Counted from the first letter of the stretch, positions 29,817-39,278 are shown. The stretch is DNA of 64,000 nt from Spirochaetota bacterium (GCA_031283155.1 JAITCI010000018.1:13690-77689); one strand, 5' to 3'. Program-made: numbers and translations. The notes: generated by a model not told the origin, from the letters alone.

Positions 29817-31344
29817 TATCCGCCCCTTTTGCGTTCGCGTCCATCGGGCGAATCATGGAATCTATAAAGGCGATTTCGTCTTTGGTGAGGTCGTATTTTT
29901 TATAGAGTTTTTCGTCCGTCCATTCTTCGGAGAAGTCTTGCATGGGGACGAAATTATAAACTCGTTTCGGCGCGTCCTGTGTATTCTTTATTTGCAAAAC
30001 CAAAAAGCGGAAGAATTCAGTAGTAATATATTTTAAGGCGTTCTCCGCCATTGTCTTTGTTTTGAATGGCCCTATAAGCAAAAATGTTTCCGTGCAACAC
30101 GAATTCGGCTCTCCGACGAAAGGTTTGCCAAGAACTAAATAAGGGAACGATCCGCGTTCGCCATAGGCTCTTGAAATGTATAATTTCCAAGAATCTATCC
30201 ATTGCTGATTTTCAACAACTTCTTCTTTGGTAATAAAACTTTCTTCTTTGCAAATGTTTCTATTGGCATATAATTTGACAGAATTTTTGTCTTTTGTTTT
30301 CTTCCCTTGGACGTAAGTTCTTAAACCAAACGGCTTTTGCGAGCTAACGATTTCGGCAAAACTTTTTTCTTTCAATTTATGCGCTTTTTTTACAATACTG
30401 ATAGCCTCGTTAAATCTTATAAATGTGTCGCTATTATCTTCCAATAGCGGTCGGGTCATAACAGATTCCTGCCCAGCGCGAACCGATTTGATTTCGCACT
30501 CGCCCTTGTTGTCCCTGTCCCAAAGGAAATAACAAACGCCGCCAGAAATATCCACGCCAGGGAAACATTCTGTGGAATCAAAATAATCAACTATTTTTCG
30601 CACTCTGTTATCGTGCAACATTTCGGATCGAAACTTATCAAGGCCGCGTCCGCCGGCATACCAACGCGCCGGAACGATCATTGTAAGATAGCGCGGATTT
30701 AGCTTTTGCGCTTGTTGTATAAATTTATGATACAAAGGAATTGCGCTCGCCTGTGCGCCGCCGTCGCCGAGCTGATATGGCGGATTTCCTATAATTACGT
30801 CAAACTTCATATTGAATAACTCCTCTGGCTTCTTTGTGTGGATAAACTGGTATGCGTGGCTTTCAAGTCCGTCGTCGCGTTTATATTCGGACTCGGACGC
30901 GCCACAATACTCGCATCGGCCGCCAACCCAGTTATGTTTTGTCGGCGTATACCGGATATTGCCTTGCTCGTCCTTAAACTCGGTGCATAGCGAATACTGC
31001 GTATGATCGGCCTTCTTCGCGCAATAGACGCTCCGCCGCGATAGCAAACCCGTCATTTCCGTTATCGCAAGCCCGAAAACCTGATTTGTAAGAATATGGT
31101 TTATCCGCTTTTGCAGATCGGGGATTTCCTTTTTCAAACCCTCGTTCAGGCGCTTTACTATCTCGCGCAGGAATACGCCGGACTTACAGCAAGGGTCGAG
31201 AAAGGTCGCGTTTTTATCTTTCCAAATTTTCCCGGGCAACAGGTCGAGCAAGTTGTTCGCCATCTGCGGCGACGTGAATACCTCGTCGTTAGACAGGTTT
31301 GCCAAACAGGTGAGAACGTCGGGGTTATAGTTAGTCCTGAACAT
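29809..31344 (-). CDS. Eco57I-type N6-adenine DNA methyltransferase with TRD
   Basis: FLDPCCKSGVF motif I, IIGNPPY motif IV, AT-richer C-terminal TRD. Confidence 0.88.
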   Translation of the reverse strand: MFRTNYNPDVLTCLANLSNDEVFTSPQMANNLLDLLPGKIWKDKNATFLDPCCKSGVFLREIVKRLNEGLKKEIPDLQKRINHILTNQVFGLAITEMTGLLSRRSVYCAKKADHTQYSLCTEFKDEQGNIRYTPTKHNWVGGRCEYCGASESEYKRDDGLESHAYQFIHTKKPEELFNMKFDVIIGNPPYQLGDGGAQASAIPLYHKFIQQAQKLNPRYLTMIVPARWYAGGRGLDKFRSEMLHDNRVRKIVDYFDSTECFPGVDISGGVCYFLWDRDNKGECEIKSVRAGQESVMTRPLLEDNSDTFIRFNEAISIVKKAHKLKEKSFAEIVSSQKPFGLRTYVQGKKTKDKNSVKLYANRNICKEESFITKEEVVENQQWIDSWKLYISRAYGERGSFPYLVLGKPFVGEPNSCCTETFLLIGPFKTKTMAENALKYITTEFFRFLVLQIKNTQDAPKRVYNFVPMQDFSEEWTDEKLYKKYDLTKDEIAFIDSMIRPMDANAKGADNE

Positions 31345-32017
31345 CTGCCAGCCTTAAATAATGGATTACATCGTGTTCCTTTATCGGCTTTGGGATAAAG
31401 ACCTCTTCGCCCAAATCCGAAAAAAGATTTTTTTCTTCCATTTCAGGAAACAGACCAGCGCCGGCGAAAGGGTTTGCATTGACGAGATGGGTAAACTTGA
31501 AATCGCGCCGTTTCATGAAACTGCCATTGACGGGCGACCATTCGGAGAAGATGATAAAGTCATCGGGAGCGTCAATGCGGCGGAAGGTCAAGGCGTCGCC
31601 TAAAACGATATTTTTTTTCAGGATAAACCTGGCGCTGGCCGCGCAATCTGACGGCGCGTCCGTCTTATAGGTTTTCCGGTAAAAGTCGTTAAATACTCCG
31701 AACAGGCGCTCGCGGCAGTTTTCAACATTGTCCGGCAAAATATCGATTCCATAGATACTCGACACAACGAGGACGGCATAGCGGTCATATTCTGCCGGGG
31801 ACTTCGCGTAGCGGCCGGCAACAACGCCCAGTTTGCGCTTTAAGACCTCTGCCAGGAAGTTGCCCTTGCCGCAAGCGGGTTCAAGGAAACGGGAATCTAT
31901 CCGTTCGGTTTCGGACTTCACCAAATCGAGCATGGCGTTGACCTCGCGCCCGGCGGTATACACTTCGCCGTGATCGCGGGTGCGCTGTCTTGATACAATT
32001 TGTTGCTCGGTTTCCAT
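31331..32017 (-). CDS. Truncated methyltransferase-fold protein (motif I only)
   Basis: GEVYT, FLEPACGKGNFL, IYGIDIL, NIVLGDAL, but no NPPY/DPPY before the stop. Confidence 0.8.
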   Translation of the reverse strand: METEQQIVSRQRTRDHGEVYTAGREVNAMLDLVKSETERIDSRFLEPACGKGNFLAEVLKRKLGVVAGRYAKSPAEYDRYAVLVVSSIYGIDILPDNVENCRERLFGVFNDFYRKTYKTDAPSDCAASARFILKKNIVLGDALTFRRIDAPDDFIIFSEWSPVNGSFMKRRDFKFTHLVNANPFAGAGLFPEMEEKNLFSDLGEEVFIPKPIKEHDVIHYLRLADVQD

Positions 32018-32265
32018 TTCTTTTTATTCCGCGCCAGGGGTGAGTAGTTTCGTATATTCGCCACAGGCGTGTTTGGGAAATGTCTCCGCCAGAGTGGGTG
32101 CTTGCTGATTGGCGGCATCCGCAGGTTTCTGGGCATAATCTTCAATAATATATTGATTGCTAATTATATGCGCATGGACGTTCAGGGGATTTATGGAGGG
32201 AAATGCGTATACAACGCCGCTCAAAAATCGCGGCAAACGAAATTTATAATTAGAAGAGGGAATTA

Positions 32266-32277
32266 CCCCCCCCCCCC
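32266..32277. repeat. C12 homopolymer tract upstream of the RM-like locus
   Basis: 12 consecutive C, about 250 bp upstream of the 32017 start. Confidence 0.85.
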
Positions 32278-32457
32278 ATCTGGCAAATTTGGTGTATGCT
32301 TTTGCGCACACGGCTTCATGCCCGAAAGGCGAGGACGAATGGAAATTCGAAGCGGGCATCGTTTTGCGTGTCATATCTTTACAGTATATCTACATTGCCC
32401 AATTTTGCAAACAAAAATTTTCGCGGCGGAAATTCAGCCGCGAAAAGGCACGAAAAG

Positions 32458-32609
32458 CCCCGCGCCAAGCGCAACATCCTGTTGCGCGCGGGGTGCTTGC
32501 GTCCTGCAAGCACAACTACAAGGCATTTGGCCACGAAAAATGCCGAATAAAGTCCCCGCGCCGGTCGCAACATCCTGTTGCGCGCGGGGTGCTTGCATCG
32601 TGCAAGCAC
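32458..32609. repeat. Two tandem copies (96-bp period) of the modular palindromic element
   Basis: CCCCGCGC..GCAACATCCTGTTGC.GCGCGGGG-TGCTTGC(GTCCT/ATCGT)GCAAGCAC at 32458 and 32554; a TTTTCGCGGC/GCCGCGAAAA hairpin lies just upstream. Confidence 0.9.
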
Positions 32610-32919
32610 GAATAAGGCAAAAAACACCAGGAATGTTTTTTACTCAAACTCACGGCTTTTGGCCGCCGATACCTTTGATCTGTAGCTTCTATGATTTCTC
32701 CTCATACGTGGTTCGGGAGCGAATGAGTACCGTAAAATAAAACAGACCAATAACACCTGCGTCACGGGCACGCTAAACGAAAAAGAGAAGCGACCAATGG
32801 GTGCCTCTCTTATACACAAAATTACATACACCTATTTTCCAATCGAAGCCTGCGCGGCCGCGAGAGCGGCGAGGGCTAATATTTTTCTTTGGAACAGAAG
32901 CCGCCCTCGCATCATGCGC

Positions 32920-33918
32920 CTACCGGGAAACCGCAAGCACCGCGATGCGCGTATGTCCCGCGAGATCCTGCCTGGTCTCGCAGGAGAAACCGGCCTCGCG
33001 CGCGAGGCGCAGCACCCCCGTCAGAACGCTGTCGCTGATCTCAAAAACCGCTCTTCCCTGCGGCGCGAGTATTTTCGGTAAAGCGTTTATAAGCCTGCGA
33101 TAGAGCGCGAGCCCATCATCCTCTGCTGTCCCTCGCGCTTGTGCCCGAAAGGGTATACTTGCGCCATCCCCGCTTTGCGCGTTTCGCGTGGCTTCGCTCG
33201 GGATGCAACATCCTGTTGCTATCAGAGCCTGCGCGGGTTCGTATATGCGGACGTCGGGCATACAGGCATGATACTCCGCGGTGCCGAGATACGGCGGGTT
33301 GGAGACAATGAGATCAAAATTTCCTTCAATCCCCGCGAAGAGATCGCCCAGCACAAATGCGCAGCGCGCGCGTTCGCCCGCATCGAGCAACCTCTCGGCG
33401 TTACGCTTGGCCCAGGCGAAGGCGTCGGGAGATATCTCCGTCGCCCACACCTCAGCCTCCGGAAAAATACGCGCGAGACAGATCGCAAGCGCGCCGCTGC
33501 CCGTACCCACATCGATGATCCGACGCGGAGTAATCGTGAACGCGCGCGTGATATCGATAATCAATTCGGTTTCCGGGCGCGGGATCAGCACCTCCGGGCC
33601 GACCGCAAACGAAAGCCCATAAAATTCGCGTTCTCCGGTTATATAGGCAATCGGCTCAAACGCGGCGCGGCGCGCGAGCACAGCCTGATATTTTTCCGTC
33701 TCTTCGGCGTCAAGAGCGCGCTCGGGATGCGCGTAGAGATCGGATCGCCCCGAGCGCAGTACAAACGCGAGCAGCACTTCCGCGTCGAGGCGGGCGTTAT
33801 AATCGGTTTCTTGAATTGGCGAATGGGCTGCCCATGCACTATGAAGCCGGAGCGCGCCCGCGTCCAGCGCGTCGCGCACAGTCTTTGCGTGGCTTACGGC
33901 GTGGTCAGAGGCTTTCAT
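32920..33918 (-). CDS. prmC: Release-factor glutamine methyltransferase with a 30-aa insertion
   Basis: LIPRPETE, DVGTGSG, SNPPY; downstream of prfA; start ATG 33918. Confidence 0.93.
   Translation of the reverse strand: MKASDHAVSHAKTVRDALDAGALRLHSAWAAHSPIQETDYNARLDAEVLLAFVLRSGRSDLYAHPERALDAEETEKYQAVLARRAAFEPIAYITGEREFYGLSFAVGPEVLIPRPETELIIDITRAFTITPRRIIDVGTGSGALAICLARIFPEAEVWATEISPDAFAWAKRNAERLLDAGERARCAFVLGDLFAGIEGNFDLIVSNPPYLGTAEYHACMPDVRIYEPAQALIATGCCIPSEATRNAQSGDGASIPFRAQARGTAEDDGLALYRRLINALPKILAPQGRAVFEISDSVLTGVLRLAREAGFSCETRQDLAGHTRIAVLAVSR
33130..33219. repeat. Palindromic element inserted in frame in prmC
   Basis: Contains GTGCCC-GAAA-GGGTA, CATCCC/GGGATG and GCAACATCCTGTTGC modules shared with intergenic copies. 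Confidence 0.8.
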
Positions 33919-34996
33919 CGGCGCCGATATACGAGGCAAGAATCTTCTCGCGGCGGTCGCGTTCGAGAGCATCGACCACCTCGCTTAAATCGCCCGCCAT
34001 GATCGCCTGCAGCCTGTACCAGGTTTCATGGATGCGATGATCGGTCACGCGGTTTTCGTTAAAATTATATGTACGAATACGCTCCGAGCGATCCCCCGTA
34101 CCCACCTGGCTGCGGCGCATGGCCGACATCTCGCTCTGCCGCTCCGCCTCCTGCCGTTCCGCGAGCCGCGCGCGCAATACCTTCAGGGCGCGCGCCTTGT
34201 TTTTGTGCTGGCTCTTCTCATCCTGGCAAGTTACCACCAAACCCGTAGGCAGATGGGTCACGCGCACGGCGCTGTCGGTGGTATTGACGCTCTGCCCGCC
34301 GGGACCGGAGGAACGGAAGACGTCGATCCGGAGATCCTTTTCGGCGATTTCGATTTCGCTCTCCTCCGCCTCGGGCATCACCGCAACGGTCGCGGCGGAG
34401 GTATGGGTGCGCCCGCCGCTTTCGGTTTCGGGAACGCGCTGCACACGATGTGTGCCGGATTCAAACCGAAAGAGTTCCCAGGCGCGGTCGCCCGCTATGT
34501 TCAGAATGATTTCCTTGAAACCGCCGAGACCCGTTGGATGCGACGAGAGTATCTCAAGCGCGAGCTTCTGATCCTCCGCGAAGCGGCTGTACATGCGCAA
34601 AAGATCGGATACAAATAAGGCGGACTCGTCGCCGCCCGTACCCGCGCGCAACTCCACAATGATATCCTTGCCCGCCTGCGGATCCGGCGGGATCAGAAAC
34701 AGCCGCACCTCGCCCGCAATGGTTTGCTCTTCGCCCTCCGCCTGCGCGAGTTCCTCCGCCGCAAGCGCGCGCATCTCGGGATCATGCTCGGCTGTGAGCA
34801 ATTCCTGCGCCTGGGCAATCCGGCGCGCCGCCGCAAGATAGCGCGTATGCAGTTCCCCGCCGCGCGAAAGACGCCCATGTTCGCGCGCGAGTTCGCGGTA
34901 GCGCCGCATATCGTTGGTTATATCGGGCTGCGAAAGTAATCCCTCTACCTCAAGACGGCGGCGGGTAACCTCTTCGAGCCTATCGACGAGGGACAT
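33905..34996 (-). CDS. prfA: Peptide chain release factor 1
   Basis: GGQ motif, PET tripeptide, ERIRTYNF. Confidence 0.97.
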   Translation of the reverse strand: MSLVDRLEEVTRRRLEVEGLLSQPDITNDMRRYRELAREHGRLSRGGELHTRYLAAARRIAQAQELLTAEHDPEMRALAAEELAQAEGEEQTIAGEVRLFLIPPDPQAGKDIIVELRAGTGGDESALFVSDLLRMYSRFAEDQKLALEILSSHPTGLGGFKEIILNIAGDRAWELFRFESGTHRVQRVPETESGGRTHTSAATVAVMPEAEESEIEIAEKDLRIDVFRSSGPGGQSVNTTDSAVRVTHLPTGLVVTCQDEKSQHKNKARALKVLRARLAERQEAERQSEMSAMRRSQVGTGDRSERIRTYNFNENRVTDHRIHETWYRLQAIMAGDLSEVVDALERDRREKILASYIGADESL

Positions 34997-35040
34997 GACT
35001 CCCCCAAAATTCTGAAAGGATTGCGATCAACAGGATGATC

Positions 35041-35307
35041 TTATGATTGCGCGTCGTTGGGGTAAACGCTGATCTGCCTTTTATTGCCATGATATTTTTC
35101 GAAGGCGATGCGCCCCGTGACCTTGGCAAAGAGGGTATCATCGCTCCCCTTGCCAACATTTTTGCCCGGATAGAATTTCGTGCCGCGCTGGCGCACAAGG
35201 ATGGAACCGCCCGGAACCACCTCGCCCGCAAAGCGCTTTACCCCAAGCCGCCTCCCGGCGGAATTGCGGCCATTTTTCGCGCTGCCCTGCCCTTTTTTAT
35301 GTGCCAT
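35041..35307 (-). CDS. rpmA: 50S ribosomal protein L27 (short form)
   Basis: [14 protein letters not shown]; an in-frame TGA upstream excludes an N-terminal extension. Confidence 0.97.
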   Translation of the reverse strand: MAHKKGQGSAKNGRNSAGRRLGVKRFAGEVVPGGSILVRQRGTKFYPGKNVGKGSDDTLFAKVTGRIAFEKYHGNKRQISVYPNDAQS

Positions 35308-35323
35308 GATGCTTTCTCCTCAG

Positions 35324-35662
35324 CTATTTGCGCCTGCGCTCGACGCGGATCTCAGCGCTTGGATCCATTTTGGGGAGATCCTTTAAACCCCGCTCGGCGA
35401 TATGAAAAAGGAAATCGACTTTTTCCTGCTGCGGAGGAAGGAGCATATTGGTAATATGGCAGCTGAGTTCGCCGTTTTCGCCCTGCTTGACGTTGACGAA
35501 AACGAAGAGTTCGTCCTTGATGGCGGTAATAAGCATCTGCGTTAAAAACGACGCCGCCGCGCACCCGGGATTTTCGCCCTTTCCAAAAACGCCGACATGC
35601 CCCTGCGCCTCAAAACCGACGGCCTGTCCTTCTTTGTCTTCGAGAATAGTGAAAGTAAACAT
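35324..35662 (-). CDS. prp: Ribosomal-processing cysteine protease Prp-like
   Basis: Located between rplU and rpmA; QGHVG...NPGCAA keeps His and Cys; ATG overlaps the rplU TAA. Confidence 0.8.
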   Translation of the reverse strand: MFTFTILEDKEGQAVGFEAQGHVGVFGKGENPGCAAASFLTQMLITAIKDELFVFVNVKQGENGELSCHITNMLLPPQQEKVDFLFHIAERGLKDLPKMDPSAEIRVERRRK

Positions 35663-35976
35663 TAGCCCTCTATGCTTTCGATTTGAAGCATGGAATGATA
35701 CTGCCTGTGTCCACGCTTCTTCTTTGAATCCTTGCGTTTGCGGTAAAAGAAAACGAGAACCTTGCGCGCGCGGAATTCGCGCGCGAGCTTCGCATGTACC
35801 ACCGCGCCTTCCAGATATGGCTGACCAAGCCTGACCTGCCCATCGTCGGCGCGAATCATACATATCTTATCAATATTGATGGACGCGCCCTCGGGAGCGT
35901 CGAGGCGATCAACCGCTACGGTTTTGCCCTGCTCAAGGATATACTGCTTACCGGCTATCTCTGCGACTGCGTACAT
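35662..35976 (-). CDS. rplU: 50S ribosomal protein L21
   Basis: MYAVAEIAGKQY...KKRGHRQ. Confidence 0.96.
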   Translation of the reverse strand: MYAVAEIAGKQYILEQGKTVAVDRLDAPEGASINIDKICMIRADDGQVRLGQPYLEGAVVHAKLAREFRARKVLVFFYRKRKDSKKKRGHRQYHSMLQIESIEG

Positions 35977-36003
35977 ATACTGCCCCTGAATGGATGTCTC
36001 ATT

Positions 36004-36032
36004 AAGATAGCGCCCGGCAGTATAAAGGTCAA
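36004..36032 (-). promoter_or_regulatory. Putative sigma-70 promoter of rplU-prp-rpmA
   Basis: TTGACC-N17-TATCTT. Confidence 0.55.
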
Positions 36033-36045
36033 GAAATTCCGGCTA

Positions 36046-38160
36046 TTAGCGATTACCGCCCTCGGTGGCTCTGTTCAGCCATTTTCCGCGTTCCTGGTAC
36101 TCGCGCACCTGGGTCTCCATCGTGGCAAACTGATTGCGGAGTTGCTCCTCGTAGGCCTTCACGGACGCCTCGCCGCGTTCGAGCGATTTCTTTTTATCGC
36201 TGACCGTACGATCAATCGTGCGCGTCTTTCCCGCGATCACCCCGGCATTGCCGGGCTGCGTATAGGTGCGCAGCAATTCAAACAGCTTGAACGCCGCACC
36301 CTGATCAACCACCTGATTGCCGGTGGAATCGCTCCCGAAAAGCTGCGAGAGCGCGATCACGTCTCTCTCAATGATGCTGTTCAGGGCAGCCGTGTCGAGT
36401 TCCAGAGTCCCGGAGGCCTTGCGCAGATCATCCCAGCTCGCCCCGGGCTTGCCCGTCGAGATACCGGCCTGCAGCAAAAGCGCGAGTTCCCTCTTGAGGC
36501 GCGTGTCGTATGCGCTCATCATGATCGTACTCATGCTGCTCTTGAGCTGGTTCATCACCATTTCCCCCGCGAGCTTGCCGCGATGGCGATCCTCGTCCGC
36601 TTTATCCTTATCCTCAAGCGCGCGCATGAGTTCGCTCTTGTTCTTCATTTCTCTGTCCAGCTTTTCCTTCTCTTCGCGGGTAAGCGCGGTACTCACGGCG
36701 TTCATGTACACAATAGTCTGGTTATAGGCCTCGATAAAACTCAGGATGTCCCGCGCGATCATATCGGCGTCGTAATGCACCCGCAGATCCGCCTCTTCGC
36801 CCGCCTTTATCAGCTTGAGGGTCACGCCGGGGATCGCGTCGGTAACGGCATTTTCCGGACGCCTGATCTCCACCCCGTCCATGGTCAGGATACTCTCGCG
36901 CGGAGCGGCCAGTTGGTTTTTGAATCCGTTTCCGTCCTCACCGTTTTTCTGAAAGGATATATCGCGGAACCGCACATTGATGGCGGTGTTATCGTTTGCC
37001 AGCACCAGGCGCGCGCCGGACGCGAGCCCGGCGATATTTTTCAGCGGAACCTCCGCCTCCTGCCAGCTTCCATCCGCAAACGAGACGGGAACAGCAAATT
37101 CGGTCCGCTGCCCATTCTCCTGCACAAGCAGAAAAACCTTCGTATCCGGCGTTTCCTCGTCGCTGCTTGCCGGTTCCTTTGTGTCCGCAAGCGGCGCTTC
37201 CGGTTCCATATCGAGACCGGAGAGGAGCCTGTTTCCGTCTATCGAAAGACCCTCTATCCGAAGCAGTTCCTTCGGGCCAAGCTGCACGTCGCCTATCGGC
37301 TTTCGCTCCTCCTGCGGTTCCGCAGCGGGTTCCTCGCCGCCCCTGGGTGCTGCGTCAAAGCGCACGGTAAATCGCGCCGTCCAGCCGTCCGCCGCTTCAA
37401 GGCGCTTGGGTAATGCGTACTCAAAGCGCTTGCCGGGCGCAAGAAGCAATGCGCCGTCCTCTACCGTAAAACCCGCGCGATCCAGGCGCGCCCCGCGATA
37501 CCCTGCCCAGCCCGAGGTGAACGGAACGGCGATATCCTCCGCGCCCTTATTCCCGAGAAAACCGGCCTCGATGAGCGTTTTCAGATCGCCGTCAAAGCGG
37601 AACCCGTTCTCCGGCCCGCCCTTTTGCGCCTCCAGCACCATGACCGCGGTATCCAGGGTATTATTGGCAAGCGAAATGCGCGCGATTTCCTTCGCGTTCG
37701 CGTCCATAATGGTTTTCAGATCCGCGAGCGTCCCGCCAAAACTGAAATCGATCTTCGCCTTTTTGCCGCCCGATTCTATGGTAAAAACGCTGCCCGGGAG
37801 ACGCTGGTCGCGGCGGATCGAGTCGGAAGAGATGCGCTCCGCCTGGGCGGTCTGGAGTACCTGTACGCGATGCTCGCCCTCGACCGCCCCGCGCTCCGCC
37901 ACCGCCGTAAATGAAGCGGGGTCGCCGGATTCCGCCTGAAGCGCGCCAAAGGGGCTTGTGTAATCGTAGAGATGTTTCGCCATATCGCCCAGATTGGCAA
38001 GCCGCTTGCGCAGAGCATCCCAGACTTCCTTTTGGAGTCCGAGCGCTTCCATCTCGTTCTCAATGCGCTGTAGCGGCTCGCGCTTGACCGCAACGAGCTT
38101 CTCGATGGTTTTATTGATGTCGAAGTTTTGGACGGCAAGTCCCGGGGTTGGTATAGCCAT
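36046..38160 (-). CDS. fliD: Flagellar filament cap protein
   Basis: FliD-like N-terminus (DINKTIEKLVAVKREPL), DGVEIRRPENAVTDAIPGVTLKL, coiled-coil C-terminus; start ATG 38160. Confidence 0.9.
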   Translation of the reverse strand: MAIPTPGLAVQNFDINKTIEKLVAVKREPLQRIENEMEALGLQKEVWDALRKRLANLGDMAKHLYDYTSPFGALQAESGDPASFTAVAERGAVEGEHRVQVLQTAQAERISSDSIRRDQRLPGSVFTIESGGKKAKIDFSFGGTLADLKTIMDANAKEIARISLANNTLDTAVMVLEAQKGGPENGFRFDGDLKTLIEAGFLGNKGAEDIAVPFTSGWAGYRGARLDRAGFTVEDGALLLAPGKRFEYALPKRLEAADGWTARFTVRFDAAPRGGEEPAAEPQEERKPIGDVQLGPKELLRIEGLSIDGNRLLSGLDMEPEAPLADTKEPASSDEETPDTKVFLLVQENGQRTEFAVPVSFADGSWQEAEVPLKNIAGLASGARLVLANDNTAINVRFRDISFQKNGEDGNGFKNQLAAPRESILTMDGVEIRRPENAVTDAIPGVTLKLIKAGEEADLRVHYDADMIARDILSFIEAYNQTIVYMNAVSTALTREEKEKLDREMKNKSELMRALEDKDKADEDRHRGKLAGEMVMNQLKSSMSTIMMSAYDTRLKRELALLLQAGISTGKPGASWDDLRKASGTLELDTAALNSIIERDVIALSQLFGSDSTGNQVVDQGAAFKLFELLRTYTQPGNAGVIAGKTRTIDRTVSDKKKSLERGEASVKAYEEQLRNQFATMETQVREYQERGKWLNRATEGGNR

Positions 38161-38213
38161 AGCTCCCTCCTTGGTGAGGCAAAAATGCGCATCCAACGCA
38201 GCCTCTGCGATAC

Positions 38214-38240
38214 AAATCGGCTGTTTTTGAATATACTTGA
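38214..38240 (-). promoter_or_regulatory. Putative sigma-28 (FliA) promoter of fliD
   Basis: TCAA-N15-GCCGATTT versus consensus TAAA-N15-GCCGATAA. Confidence 0.65.
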
Positions 38241-38263
38241 GTGTTTTTTATAGCCGCCGTCCC

Positions 38264-38303
38264 GCAAAAAAACAGGGAATCCCGCGATCCCCTGTTTTTT
38301 TGC
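38264..38303. terminator. Bidirectional intrinsic terminator
   Basis: GCAAAAAAACAGGG...CCCTGTTTTTTTGC hairpin with T tracts, downstream of the 38340 gene. Confidence 0.8.
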
Positions 38304-38339
38304 TCAATCATCGAAAACCATTGCTTCGATACCCTGCTT

Positions 38340-39278
38340 TCACTTTTTGCCTGGACGCTTCAGGCTGCTCTGGGGCATTCGTGCCTTACCCGGAGATAAC
38401 GACGGCGCGGTGGCGGATTTGTTATACGAAAGCATGACAGTGCCGGCATCGTCGGTGTAATACGCCCACACGCGGAGATAGTATGTTCCTCCGCTCACAA
38501 GCGACGTCCATCGCGCAGATGGTTCATCTTCGGGGACATAATATATGAAAAGGTTTTCTATTTCCCCTTCAAGCGCGCCAGATCCGGTAAACATCTGCAC
38601 ATATATATCATACACCGAAGAGTCCTCGTAGAGATGTATATAATGCGTCGCCGCTGTCGCGGTAAACTTAAACCACCATACTCCGCCTGCATTCAGATGC
38701 CCGCCCAGCCACTCGCCTTCAGTAAGCTCGGTAGTGATAGAATTTGCCGGTGGCCAGGTTTCACCCGGCAGCATAGGAGATCCGTTAATTGTCATTTGGT
38801 ATGCGCCGACGTCGGAGTCATCATATGCCCACACGCGCATATAATACGTCTGCCCAATTTCAAGCGTCCGCGCCATAACCAACTGAGAGCCATACTCTTC
38901 ATCATCGAACAGATTTTCCTCATCGCCGACAACAGCGCCGGTACCGGCATACACCTGCAGCAATACGTCCGACAGAGTGCTGGGCTTAAAATGTATATGC
39001 TGCGTTGCTGCCGTCGCTGTAAAGCGAAACCACTGTGTTCCGCCTGCGGCAGTGATATTCCCGTTTACCCATGTGTTGAAACTCAACTCCGTCACGGACG
39101 CCGACGCCCAGGGAAGAGAAGAATCGCCGCCGCTGTCGGATGAGCCGCCGCCTGGTATACTGCTGCTTCCGCCCTCATCATCGCCGCCACAGGCAGCACA
39201 CAGAGCGCAGAAGACGATCAGAATTAAGGACAGAAAAATGAAGCGGGAAGAAAAACCACTCCTGGTATCGATCTTCAT
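38340..39278 (-). CDS. Lipoprotein with two PPC-like repeats (paralogue of 20472-24128)
   Basis: Lipobox CAAC, GGTQWFRFTATAATQHIH, GQTYYMRVWAY; ATG 39278 with GAGGTGG RBS. Confidence 0.8.
   Translation of the reverse strand: MKIDTRSGFSSRFIFLSLILIVFCALCAACGGDDEGGSSSIPGGGSSDSGGDSSLPWASASVTELSFNTWVNGNITAAGGTQWFRFTATAATQHIHFKPSTLSDVLLQVYAGTGAVVGDEENLFDDEEYGSQLVMARTLEIGQTYYMRVWAYDDSDVGAYQMTINGSPMLPGETWPPANSITTELTEGEWLGGHLNAGGVWWFKFTATAATHYIHLYEDSSVYDIYVQMFTGSGALEGEIENLFIYYVPEDEPSARWTSLVSGGTYYLRVWAYYTDDAGTVMLSYNKSATAPSLSPGKARMPQSSLKRPGKK

Noticed and set aside
32024-32374. 116-aa ORF as an RM controller protein
   Set aside because: No helix-turn-helix pattern or recognisable family; kept only as context for the C12 tract.
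32458-32609. CRISPR array
   Set aside because: Only two units, the spacers resemble each other, and there are no cas genes; better explained as palindromic elements.
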